From NCBI GenBank assembly GCA_051047955.1, contig JBPGPT010000010.1, positions 1 through 64,000 on the forward strand: DNA of 64,000 nt, written 5' to 3'. A program made the translations under genes and the position numbers. Source of the DNA: Cystobasidiomycetes sp. EMM_F5. Taxonomy: Eukaryota. Each line of letters opens with the position of its first letter. The stretch's first letter is position 1. The notes beneath the pieces are model-generated. The model did not search any database. It saw only the letters and a list, made by a program, of their open reading frames with translations, and was not told the DNA's origin. Positions 48,143 through 60,184 of the stretch are shown here, in pieces.

Positions 48143-50231
48143 CTATCTCCCTTCTACAGTGTCTTGACCAGGTCCAGCCTGATCTTGCTTCTTGCGCATG
48201 TGCTCTTCCTTTGCCCTACTGTGTCCTCGTTTTCCACCCTGCCCACCCCGCTTGTTCTCCTCGTTCTGACCCTCGCGTCGATAGTGGCTGATCCATGCCT
48301 TTTGCTCGAAATGTGGTGTTGCATATACAGAAGTTGTCTTCCCTGCTCTCAAGTCTGAATTAATTGCTTGAACAGTCCACGGATGATGTATTGCACCTGG
48401 CGGTACTTGATGTTTGTGGAGAACCTCAGCTAGCTCGGGGACCCAATGTGCCACATACTCTCCCTTGGGATCGTAGTCCTTTCCTTGCTTGATAATGTTG
48501 AATTGTCGTGCCGAGCGAGGGTCGACGCCCACTCCAGCTTGGTATTGCCAGTTTCCATAATTCGATGTCACATCGTAGTCCATGAGCATTGATTCAAAAT
48601 ACTATGTTTTGGCAAGCACGTTTTAGCTTGTATATCAGTACACCAAATCAGCCTTGCGCTCACCTCGGCACCGATTCGCCAGTCTTGATGCCCCATGTCT
48701 TTCGTGAAGAAGCTGGCCACATTTTGACGTCCTCGATTGCTCATGAAACCCGTCTGTGTGATCTCCCTCATATTGGCGTCGATAAAGGCTGAAAAAGCCA
48801 AGATGTGTCAGAATAACCAGAGTATGCATCATACGGGCTGCTGATACGTACGAACACCGGTCTTGCCGTAGCACCATTTCGCGACATCGCTTTGTTCTCC
48901 CTTGTGCATATCGTTTGGTACCCAGTATCCATCAATAGTCTCCTTGCCATTCTTGTTCATACGCTTCTCGCTGGGTGGATTGCCCGAATCGACCGGCGCT
49001 TCCTGCTGTGGTAAAGCTAGTCCCGAGAGGAAAAAGAACTTGTTCTTGTGCTTTTCTATCAGGAAGGAGAAGTAGTCCCTCCAGAGCAACTCAAATCTGA
49101 TTCGTCCTAGAAGTCAGAACGTACGGGACAGCTAGCACCGCTGCAACTTACTTGACCCAGTAGCTGCTTTTATTGGACCCATGCTGATCTTCCCATTCCA
49201 GAATCTTCTGAAAAATTACTTTCGGACTGAGACTGCCATTGGCCAGCCAAGGCGAGAATTTTGTGGAGAACTGATAACCCAACAGGCCATTTCTCGTCTC
49301 CTTGTACGTGGAAAGTGCAGCGTTTGGTCCAGTCATGTATTCGTTCAATCGCTTCTCCCCGGCTGTCATCCCGCCCTTGAAATCCGTCTGTTTACGTCTC
49401 CGGTCTTCGGGACACTTTGTTTCTTCACTTTCAATCGGTTGTAGTAATTGCGGAAGTATATCGGGTAAAGATAATGAGGAGGGTCTCTGCATTATCCCCG
49501 GCGACGTCTCGAGCGTGATTGGTGTCGGAGGTGGTTTGAACTTATCAGGAGCAGGGAAGGGCGGCCTGACCATCTCATCTCTCAGTCCTTCCACCTTTTG
49601 CCGGAAAGCGGTGTAGAAGTCGGGCATCTGTTTACCGGTTGGGTCGAAAGGCAAATCATCCGGATGAATCATCGTTCTCCGACTCTCCACCATCTGTAGA
49701 GCAGCTCCAATCTTTTCTAAAGCCTGTTGTAGTTTCTTCTGTGTTTGTATTTCCTCGTTTGTGTTCTCCCTCCCTATCCAGACGCCTTCCACCCTCATGC
49801 CCTTATCAGTGTAAGCTTTGACGATAGCCGGTACCACTCTCTCTGGATGACCAAAGAAGACTGAAAGAGCGCTTCCTCTCTTTTCTAGGTTTTGCTTGAG
49901 GTCAACCAGGGACTCGTGCAAAAATCTGAAGAGAAGGGCAGTCAATGATAGGTCAGTCATCAATATAAAGATGAGCCTGCTTTGTTCTGTGCACATTGCA
50001 TTTCCAAAAGCCAGCTATTGGGGTTTTGGCAAATTTATTTGGCGCAGCCTTAGAGTACCCTTGAATCCCTGACAGCTCGATCTGACGTTCATCGAACACG
50101 TAGACGGGTAGAATGTGAGTAACGCGGTTGCCCAATGACCCAGAGTGAGCTGCATGAAAGATTGGGTGGTCGACAATTCGAAGGTCATTCCGAAGCAGGG
50201 CAATCAGAATGCATGGCTGGGAGGGTGCCAT
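48143..50231 (-). CDS. cryptochrome DASH (photolyase/cryptochrome family)
   Basis: [138 protein letters not shown]. Confidence 0.93.
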
Positions 50232-50590
50232 GCTTGCCGGTTGTGTCAGATAATAGTTTGTGTGGACGAAGATATCAGGGCAAGAGCTGAGAACGCGTGG
50301 TGATTGAAGTAAATATCAGCTGCTAAACGCGATCGAGATGGCATCGAGAGTGGTGGCGGATGACGTAGTGACAAGCATACACGCCCATAAGGAGTGGAGA
50401 GTACAAGCAGAGACAACGTTAGCAAGGTATGGTTATTCACTCGTTTAACATAATTTGTTGACTGTATTGAGCACTTCTCGATCAGCAGAGCAGCAAGCGA
50501 CAGTGAAGAAGCACACCCTCACCTATGGCTACAAGACGATGTACATTGCCCGCCGACGGGCATTGATGACATACTCTCTAATGTTACCGT

Positions 50591-53481
50591 TCAGAAATCT
50601 ACTGCATATCTGGCTTTACGTTCCGACAGGATTGGGTATAAGATGTTGAAGAATTTGTCGGCTACGAATATGCAACAAGACGTTTGCATCAGCCTTGCGG
50701 GCACAGACGTAACCTGACATGACTCACCTGGATCCTGTTGGTCTTGGCGGGCCATTTCTATGAGCGACAGCAGCCGCTTGATACCAATGTTGATCTTGCT
50801 ATCCTTTCCAGAAAAGCCGGCTTGCAGGAGTTGGTTTGCAATCTTTCTATACCCGACATCAGCAGGCTGGTAAAAGTCTACAGACTGCACGACAGCCATG
50901 ATAGATTCCAGCGAATTGACAGGATAGACTTCAATGTCGGAATCGAAGATGTCGGTCAACTCCATCTGGGTCAGCATTTGCTTATCCGAAGTTGTCGCCA
51001 GAATCAGCAAGCGGCGTCCTTTCGGTGGTAATTTCCGCATGAGGACCTTCAAAGCGATCAGACACGGTGTAGAGAAGCGCGCTCCGATCGGTACCCAGTC
51101 TGTCGACAGAGCACAGTTAGCTTGACCAGGCAGCCATCATCGAATCGACATACCGATGATAGTCTCTATCGAATCAACGACTACGACGCTCATTGGCGAC
51201 CGGTACGAATCGGAGAAGACCTTGTTAATGTAGCTGATCTTTGCCGAATCTGCAAATCCGACCATATTCTCCGCAGAGATGAGCTTTATGAAGGGGAATT
51301 GGGATTTTTGTGCAATAGTCGCTGCTAGAGCCGTCTTGCCAGCGCCTGGTAGACCGTACATCAAGACTGAAACGAGATGAGATCTCGGCGATTCCCGAAC
51401 TTGTTTGACTAGCAGCTGGCCGTCTGCGAGTATCGATTGTATATGAGGAGCGAAATCAATGATGCCATTCTGAACGACTTGAGCGAGCTCCTCCTCTGCC
51501 ACGCCAAACAGGGGCTTGACTTCATCCAGAGCAAGCATAAAGTCGCCGCGGTTGACTTTGAGCTTATCGACATCATCAGAGATGCCAGCTGTAGTCCCGA
51601 CTTTAACGTGTCGATTGAAGGCAAAAGACGTTGCAGACTTGACGAGACCGTTGAGTTCTGCTCCTGAGAAGTTCTTCGTAGAAGCAGCCAATTCGTCGAG
51701 CGATACATCCGTGTCGAGTATATTGTTTGTTCGCATCTTGGCAGTATGGATATTTAGAATTTGCAATCTGCCAAATTCATCCGGCAGGGAAATCTCCATG
51801 TGCACTTCGAGTCGACCAGCTCGTAGCAGCGCTTCATCAATCATGTCTTTACGGTTCGTCATCCCGATAATGAGGATATTGTTGAGCTGATCTACACCGT
51901 CCATCTTGGATAGCAGCTGATTGACGATAGAGTCGCCGACTCCGGTACTGCTACCAGACGAGCCACGTTGTTTGCAAATAGCGTCCAGCTCGTCAAAAAT
52001 GATAATGTGGAGTCCAGACTCGTCTCCCTTCGCTTTATACTATACGAGCACATATTCAGCATAGATGTCACTCGTCTGCGCGATATAAGCTGATGGACGC
52101 ACCTCCTTTTCAGCATCAGCAAACAACTTTCTGATATTCTCTTCCGACTGTCCCACAAACTTGTTCAACACCTCCGGTCCATTGACAATCTTTGGTTCTC
52201 TTGCATTGAGCATCTTTCCAATCTGCCTTGCCATCAACGTTTTACCCGTTCCTGGAGGACCATACAGGAGGATTCCCTTGACGTGTTGAATGCCCAACTT
52301 CTCGACCAAGCCCGGCGGAAAGATACGAGAAGCGAAAGCTCGTCTAAACATTGTTGCAAATTCATCGTCTAGACCTCCTATACCCATATCTGAAAAGTTG
52401 AAGTCTGGTCTTACAACTGCATTCGCAGCTGCTCGTTTGGTAGATGCCTTGATGTTGATTCGCGCGCCATCAGTCTTGACAAACGTGAATTCTGTAACGG
52501 TCGTCACTATGCCAATCTGTCCACCTCCGCCAGCAGCAGATGGCTGTTGTTTGGCAGTAGGCTTCTCTCGCGAAAACTCCATGTTGCCAAGAGTCTGCAC
52601 AACAGCGCGCAGGGTCTTGTTCTGGAAGCTGATGACCAGAGGTTGACCGACGTTGAGTATATTGCCATCGAGGCGCTGATATACATGGCATTGAGTACAG
52701 GTCTAGACAGCGTGTATGGCAAACATACCTGTCTCATTTCTGCTTCGAGGACTTCCGAGTCGAATGGTTGATCTGTCGCAGATTTCTCCGAGTAGAAGGC
52801 GAGCTGAGGGTTGTGTACGAGATAATAGGTCTTGTCAGCCCGATGAAAGCAAGACACGTGTCAGCTTCGCGCACCTCCAGGGTCGCTGAAGCGAGATAGC
52901 TCCTTCCGCCCGTCTCCTTATCGAGGTCTACCTTGTCGACCTGCACGCTGTCTCCCTGGTTCCTCAGGAAGCACCACGCTCTGTGGTCTTTGCCGATAGC
53001 GACTGTACCAGACTGTACTCGTGCGTCTGTCTGTATGCTGAAGAAGAAGGACCCCCTGCTCGACTGGACATTGACGTGCGGGGAGGATGCGAGGTTGAAG
53101 TCGCTGGGCGAGACGATGAGGCGCTTGTAATCAAGCAAGTAAGCACTAGCTTTCGCATATTCAAATAATCAAAGTGCCCACATTCGTCAGCACCAGAGCG
53201 TCCTCTGGCGTGCCGACTACTTCAAACCGTCCACTATGACCGTGCTGCGATGGATAGCCGCCAGTCGCTGGGTGCTGGCCATAGCTCGGCGGGCCAGCAT
53301 TCGTATTCGCACTCGCATACTGGCTGTACTGCGCTCCAGTGCCGCCCGCTGTCGGCCCACCTGGCACCGGCTGACGTCGTGCTGGCATTGCGGGAGGTGC
53401 GCCGTAGTTTGTGCCCATTCCTGAAGATGGCTGCCCTGCTGGCGAGTCTGACCCTCCACCGGGATTCCTGAACCATGCCAT
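50591..53481 (-). CDS. SEC18: vesicle-fusion AAA+ ATPase NSF/Sec18
   Basis: MGIGGLDDEFATMFRRAFASRIFPPGLVEKLGIQHVKGILLYGPPGTGKTLMARQIGKMLNAREPKIVNGPE, MDGVDQLNNILIIGMTNRKDMIDEALLRAGRLEV, D2 Walker A GLPGAGKTALAA. Confidence 0.98.
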
Positions 53482-53793
53482 GGTGTATTTGTATGTAAAT
53501 AACCCTGTTGGCCGGGTTGCGAGTCGTCTTTAAAGATTGGCCATGCCTCGTCTCCTTTTGTGCAGACTGACCCATTATGCGCTCATGAAATGGCCATTAA
53601 TGACATTACTACTGCTCTGTTATAACATGCTGCCCTTTAGACTGCTCGTAGACCAGCCTTGCCAGCTATAACGCAGCCAGTCTCAGCCATCGGGACTCGC
53701 CAAGTCTGCCAGTCCGAAAGACGGATTGAGTGGGCAGGAACATCGCTTGATTGGAGTTGAGAGTGGGCACACTCGTCAGAGCTCGCTGCAAAC

Positions 53794-55394
53794 ATGGACG
53801 ATGTGGTCCTGCCGGCCATCTTGGGCGACGATGGTCCAATACTGCCAGTGCCGCCAGTGGACGAGCAGTCCTGCAGCCTGCTAGGGCCAGTAGCGCTCGT
53901 CGTGCAAGCCATCATGGCCATCCTCGTCATATCCTCACTCCTCGTCAAGCGATACCGCGAGCATCCCCGTCGCCAGTGGACAGTATGGCTGGGCGATGTA
54001 TCCAAACAAGTCATCGGGCAGGCATTCCTACACGCGACAAACATTCTCGTGTCGACCCTCTTCTCCAGACACTCGGAAGAGAATGCGTGTACCGCCTACT
54101 TTGTGTCCATCTTTGTCGACTGTACGCTCGGCGTCCTCGTCATCTACGCCGCAATGAAGGTCCTGTCGCATATTGCAATCAAGAGCATGGGCGTACAGGG
54201 GTGTACGAGCGGGCAGTACTATGAGAAGCAGACGTACGAAAGACGACGGGGTCATCGGCGGGAAGACAGTCGGACGACTTACAAATCATCTACAACCTCA
54301 CCAGACGAACGGCCAGACGATATTGAAGAAGGGCAAAACACTTCCATCGACTCTATCGCACCCCTCTCCTTTTCCGACTTTATGCTCTCTTGGTGGGCCA
54401 AGCAGCTGCTCATCTACGTCCTCGCGCTATGCGTCATGAAGTGTATCGTAATTGTATTCTTCTGGATCCCCCAAGTCTTTGATGCCGGCGACTGGCTGCT
54501 ACGCTGGTTTGACGAAAAGAGCAGGATAGTCTTTGTTCTCATGATCTTTCCTTTGATTATGAATGCATTTCAAGTGAGTCGTCCCCAGTATACTCTGTTA
54601 CTAGGCTAAGCTACCATCCATTCATATAGTTCCTGCTCATCGACACCATCCTCAAATCCAAACAAGCTCTTCTTGATGCTACTGCGGACAGCGGTTTCGG
54701 CGAACCCGCCCAAGGCGATCATGATGCGGATCCTACAGGTCGGCAAGGCATGTACGAGCATCTACGACACGATGAATCAGACGACGACGAGGATATTACT
54801 GGTCGACAGGGCGAGCATCGCGCTTTTCTATCGTCCAATTCAAAACAAGAGAGAAGGAAAGAAGCTGATCCTGAATTGGGCGCATCGGGATCAGCAATGA
54901 CAAACCATTCCAATTTATACAAGTCGGCAAGAGATGCTGCGACGACAAAATCCGGATCCACATCTGTTAGATCTACCGCTACTACGTCCACATTGATACC
55001 ATCCCGCTCTCCCTCGTCTTCGCGTGCCAATTCTCCGATACTGCGAGCTGCTTCGCCAGGTCCAGAGGAGCAAGTCTTGCGATCTCGTAGTCATCTCGCT
55101 CCGTTCGACACACAGAGTGTTGACGTAGATGAGAAGGGTTCAATCATGGATATCGGCACGACTACTTCGATTGCCCAAGTTCCGGTACTGACATCATCAG
55201 TCGTGCTCGTTGATGACAGTCAGCATAAATCAGATGGGACGCTGAGTGTGGAAGATGGAGATGGAAGTGCAAGTAGTGGTAGTAATGGCTGGGAGTGGCT
55301 AGATGATGACCGAGATGCCCATGCACCTTCAATACGGCTGTCGAGCGTCAACAAGCGATCGCCGCATGTCAGTTTATCGAGTGCACGTGTATGA
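53794..55394 (+). CDS. STIMATE/TMEM110 (yeast YPL162C-like) multi-pass membrane protein
   Basis: CSLLGPVALVVQAIM...LLVKRYREHPRRQWTVWLGDVSKQVIG, NACTAYFVSIFVDCTLG, SGQY, WAKQLLIY, VFVLMIFPLIMNAFQ|FLLIDTILK. Confidence 0.9.
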
Positions 55395-55610
55395 GATGAT
55401 ACAACTTGTTATTCGTTACTCGGCATCTGTGTATTCTAGTCAGATGTAGCATAGGCGAGCAATTCTTACATTCATCAACGAGCAACATCGGACATGTCGG
55501 TGTGAGCTGCATGCGCGCACGGCACACATCGCATGCAGCCGCTATCATGAGCCGATCTATTGCTGTAATCCGATCTTACTTCATACAAGCATGCACGTCC
55601 GCCCCTGCTT

Positions 55611-57512
55611 TCAATTATCGGTGTCCTCCGATTTCTCCACGTCATCGTCTAGCGGTACGTTTTCGTAGACGTGTCCACGTGCCTTTATCGCACTAGTACC
55701 TTCGTCGCGTCCAGCATTCGCAGTCTGCTGCATCTCCAAGGAATCGTCCCTGCTCGTGTCTAGTGCATCACCCTGCTGTCTTCTTTTCCGCTCGATGTAG
55801 TAGTATATTGGCAGACCACAGAGCATGAAGATGACTGCGCTGAAGGATGCCTTCGGATTAGAGTATAGTGGCACAAACATCAGCCACAGTGATTGTAAGC
55901 CAGACACGACAGGCGCCACGAGCGGGGCCTTGTATGGCCTGTTGAGGTCGGGGTCGCGCCGACGGAGGAAGAAGAGGCCAATGGTGACCATAAACGTGAA
56001 GGTAGTCATAACTATGCCGCCGAACGTAACCAAGAAAGCCAAGTCACCAGCTACGACGAAAAGCGATGTGTGTATGGTGTAGAATATGACTGCCCGCACA
56101 GGTGTTTGTCGCTCCGGATGCAGGTAGGAAAAGTAAGATAAGAAGTGTCCGTCCCTTGAGACTTTGACAATCACACGAGCGTGCAGGAAGACGACGCTGT
56201 TCACGGACCCAACGGCGGACGCGATGACGATGGCGGAGAAGAGTAAAGCTCCCATAGGGCCCAGCACGTGCAAGCCAAAGTCCAGAGCGATACTGTTACT
56301 TTGAGCGACAACATCTTTGGGAAGTACGGCAAAGTATGCTAGGATATAAAATGACGCCTCACAGTAAGCGAAAACATGATGCGCAAAAAGGAACTGCACT
56401 GACAGAGGTTGACGGCCAGGTATAGCATGATAATTGATGCTGATGAGAAATGTAACGACCTCGATAGCGTCCGTATATTCTTCATTTCGCCAGTCGCAAA
56501 GGCGATACTATCTAATCCACTGTACGCCTAGCCGGAATCGAAAGCGGAAGCGCATCAGATGGTTATTATGTATTTCGTCAAGTGCCGCACCCAGATAGCC
56601 GCATATGCAGCTTCAGCGTATGGTCCGATAGATGTGTGCGAACCGGAAAATAGGTTGACAGCTATATCAGGGCTGACCTGGCCTTTGGCCAATGCTGCAA
56701 CGGCCAGAATAGAGATCAAAACAAGCGCAAGCATCTTCAATACATATCAGCAATCTTCAGTTTCTTGCGCATAGTCAGCTGACCTTGAGAGTAGTGAGGA
56801 CGACAGCAGTATGAGTCGTGGTCGAAAGTGCGTAACAATTGATGAATGCCACAATGACCAAGATCATTACGCCCAGTGTCTTGATCAATACACTATCGCG
56901 TATTGACATTTCCGTGCTATGCTCAGCAACGCTCGCTGGATTCAATAGTGATTTGGCCATCTTCAGCATGTATTCCCCCACAACCAGACAGAGAGCAGCT
57001 GGCCCAGTAGAGAGGACGAGGCTGGCCCAGGACCACATAAATGCCATGAGTTGACCATAAATATGCTTAATGTAAGCCTGATGACCGCCATTGTACGGTA
57101 AGGCTGATCCCTATTAATCATATGTCACCGATCCATAAAGTACGAAACGCGGCCTGCTCACTAGCTCCGCAATGCATGCCGCTTGAGCCCAGCTTGCCAG
57201 ACCAACTAGCAACCAGACCACTAAGCACATGCCGATACTGCCAGTATCTTTGATAATCATGCCCTTTTGGCGTTTGACAGGTTCAGCAAGGGAAATTCAT
57301 CATCTCCAAGATTGCCAGACCCTCACAGAAGAGGCGAATATGCCAGCTCCAATGACATGACCGATGTTGATACTGGTAGCACTTAGCAATGTCAGGTGTT
57401 TGGGCGTGCCATCTTCGGGTCGATCAGCGTCCGGTCGGTGTGACAATAGACTGGCTTGCGATTCGTCGCTATCCGCATTTTCGAGACGCTCATTGAGTGT
57501 CCCGACAGTCAT
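55611..57512 (-). CDS. APC-superfamily LAT-type amino acid permease, divergent copy B
   Basis: IGAGIFASS|G, AEL|GSALPYNGG, W|AYSGLD...GEMKN, LDFG, SRDG, TPVRA, RPYKAP. Confidence 0.9.
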
Positions 57513-57783
57513 CGACAGCTGGCGTGTGCGTAAAGAGGGAGTCTAGTTAGACTGCAAAAATTAGTCCAACGAGCTCTTGGCCGAAGATGATCGGGTTGCC
57601 CAAATAACTGGCCAGGGTCTAACGGTCGAAAGTGTCAGAGGGACAGACATGATGTACCCAATTCAGACAGGCAGCGATGCTCTCGTAGATGTCATCGTTG
57701 ATTGCTTGTCGCATGCATATCGTGATCAGTTTCGTAAAGACATCACATACTGTACTACATTTGACTGATACTGTACTGAGGTA

Positions 57784-60115
57784 TTATCGAGCTGGTGAAG
57801 GTCCGCCTGCGCTTGGATGGCGAGAGTCACCGTCGTCTAGTTCCACTGCTTCGTAGGCGGACCCCACGTCTGTTCGTTTTGAGAACAGCCGAGCAATGCG
57901 GTGTACCAAAGCTTCAATGCCGTCTATGATCCTCTCGGTCCTGGTAGGCGGGAGAGCCATCTCGCCAACAAGTGGTTGTCTGGGCATCCGATGTTGTGTG
58001 TAGAGGTAGAATGGATATCCAGCTGCAATGAAGCCTGGTAAAGCCGCGGTTCCGATTTGATTAGGCAAGCATCGGTGTAGCGAAGTAATGTACTTACTAA
58101 GAGCGGCTACTGCTTGGAGAGGTGCAGAAAAAATGGGCATGAAGAGCAAGAAGATTGCAACACAGCAGAATATGATTGGTGTTCCAAGCCAGGTCTTGTA
58201 AGGTCTAACAAGCGCATTGTCAGCCAGAATCCCGCGTGAATATCAGCATATCTTTCACCTCGGCAAGTTCGGTTCTCGATGCCTTAGGATAAGTAGGCCG
58301 GCTACCGTCAAGAAGTAGAATAACCAGCTGCCAATACCAAAGAAGGAAACGAGAGATGCAAAGTCGCCGACTGCTATCATGCTGAAAGTGAGAAGAGTTT
58401 GCAATATCTGCGTAAAGTTCATCAGAGCGCGTGTGACAGTCGCCATACACCAAGCTCACGATGCTGTTGACCGGCGTCTTCCTAGTCGGATGCAGCTTTG
58501 CAAACCATTTTGGAAGGTATCCATCTTTAGCAGCACCGTGTATTATTCGTGAAGACGTGAAGAAAGAGCTGACGAACGGTAAATACGTTAGCGAGGTACA
58601 TCTCCGAAACGTCTCGTGCGCACCTGTTCAAGGCGCCGAAACACGAAATGACTACGATGACTGCGAACAAAATTCCACCTGCTGCACCAAAAATGGCTTT
58701 GCCAAAATCAAGGCCGACGGTATTAGAATGTGATACGAGCGCCTTGGGAAGGACTATGTAGTAGGCTGCGTACAGGCTGTCAATCAAGTTTGGCGATGTG
58801 GGGCGGCAGACGCCGACTTACAGATATTCGCCAACAAGAAGAGTATCATAACGAGCGGGAGTGAGATATGAATAGTAAGAGGGAGATCTCGCGTCACATT
58901 CTTCATCTCCCCTGCGACATAGCAAGCTTGGTCCCAGCCGTCGTAAGCCTGCTTTCATGGTCAGATCGCATTACACAAGGCCAAAGCTGCTATTGTAATT
59001 GCCTTACCCATAGTCCGCTGTAAAGAGCTAGAGCGTACCTCCCAGGCGACCTCGATGATCCCGCGAATATATTACCAGATAGCGTTTCGCTACGCAGACC
59101 TCTGGCGAGCTGTACTATACCCATGATGGCAACTGCCAACAGCGCCAGCAGCTGTACGCACAAGGTTCAGCATTGTATCAGCGTGCGCGGCGAGAAAGAC
59201 GTCGGACCTTCGTGAAAGTCAAGACGACCTGCGAGCGTGTTCCTATTTTCAGGCTGATGGCATTAAGAGCGGAAATGCAGAAGATAGCTAGCATTGCGAC
59301 TAGCTTGACGACGATTCGTGGAATTGCTTTTGCGCTTTCGTCGCTGCCAGCACTGACGGCCGTATGGTAGGCTATCCGACATACGTATTCGCCAAAGATG
59401 ATTGCTATGATTGCCGCTGAGCCCGGCTTGAGGGCTACAATGGCCGTCCAAGAGAACAAGTACGATAGAGTCGGCCCGTAAGCATATCGCAGGTAAGCCT
59501 GTGCGCCTCCATTCAGAGGTATGGCAGCTCCGAGTTCGGCAAACGACGACGCTCCGGTCCATGCGAGCAGCCCTGCACCAATCCAGACGAGTAGCGCGGC
59601 TCCAACACTACCACAATCAGCAGTTAGGACACCCTGAAGCCAATCAGGAACGGCCAAAATTAGCAGGGTTTCAACTTGTTGTGGACAAGCGTCCGTACAG
59701 GCGAACTGAATATCCCGCTTCCGACTTGCAATCCAATCACCAGGGCTATTCCACCGACGAGATTTAGATGCTGTACTTCGCGACCTTCGTTCAAGCGGTC
59801 GGTTCCTTCGCGCGAGACAGCTATAGGCAACCTTTCGAAGCCAAACGATATTGATGAGAAAGAGCGGCCTCGCATAGGCCGGCTGGGGGGTGCATCGTTG
59901 TCGTATTCGTCGTCTACCGCCTCGGATATGCGACCACTTTGCAGGAATTTTGCAGCTTCGCCCAGCTCGTGCAGCTCGAGGTCACCATCCGGATCACTAT
60001 CCAAAGATCCGTTTCTCGACTTCTCGCCGTCCGCACCGCTGCCACTTTCCAGGGCTCTGCCTCTGCCCTTGTCCGCATTGACGCCTGCTCCGACATCTGT
60101 ATCCTCGCTGGTCAT
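57784..60115 (-). CDS. APC-superfamily LAT-type amino acid permease (Mup1/Mup3-like), copy A
   Basis: IGLQVGSGIFSSP|GV, FAELGAAIPLNGGAQAYLRYAYG, LYSGLW|AYDGWDQACYVAGEMKN, SCFGALN, REPNLPR|PYKTW. Confidence 0.93.
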
Positions 60116-60184
60116 TGCATGATTGGGCACCCACAGAGCTGGTCGGCTATTTTGCGACCAATAAACGCCAAATTACCCTAAATC

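Noticed and set aside
50290..50360. GATC/CGAT motifs upstream of the cryptochrome as a White Collar light-response element
   Set aside because: Motif too short and common to support without comparative or ChIP data.
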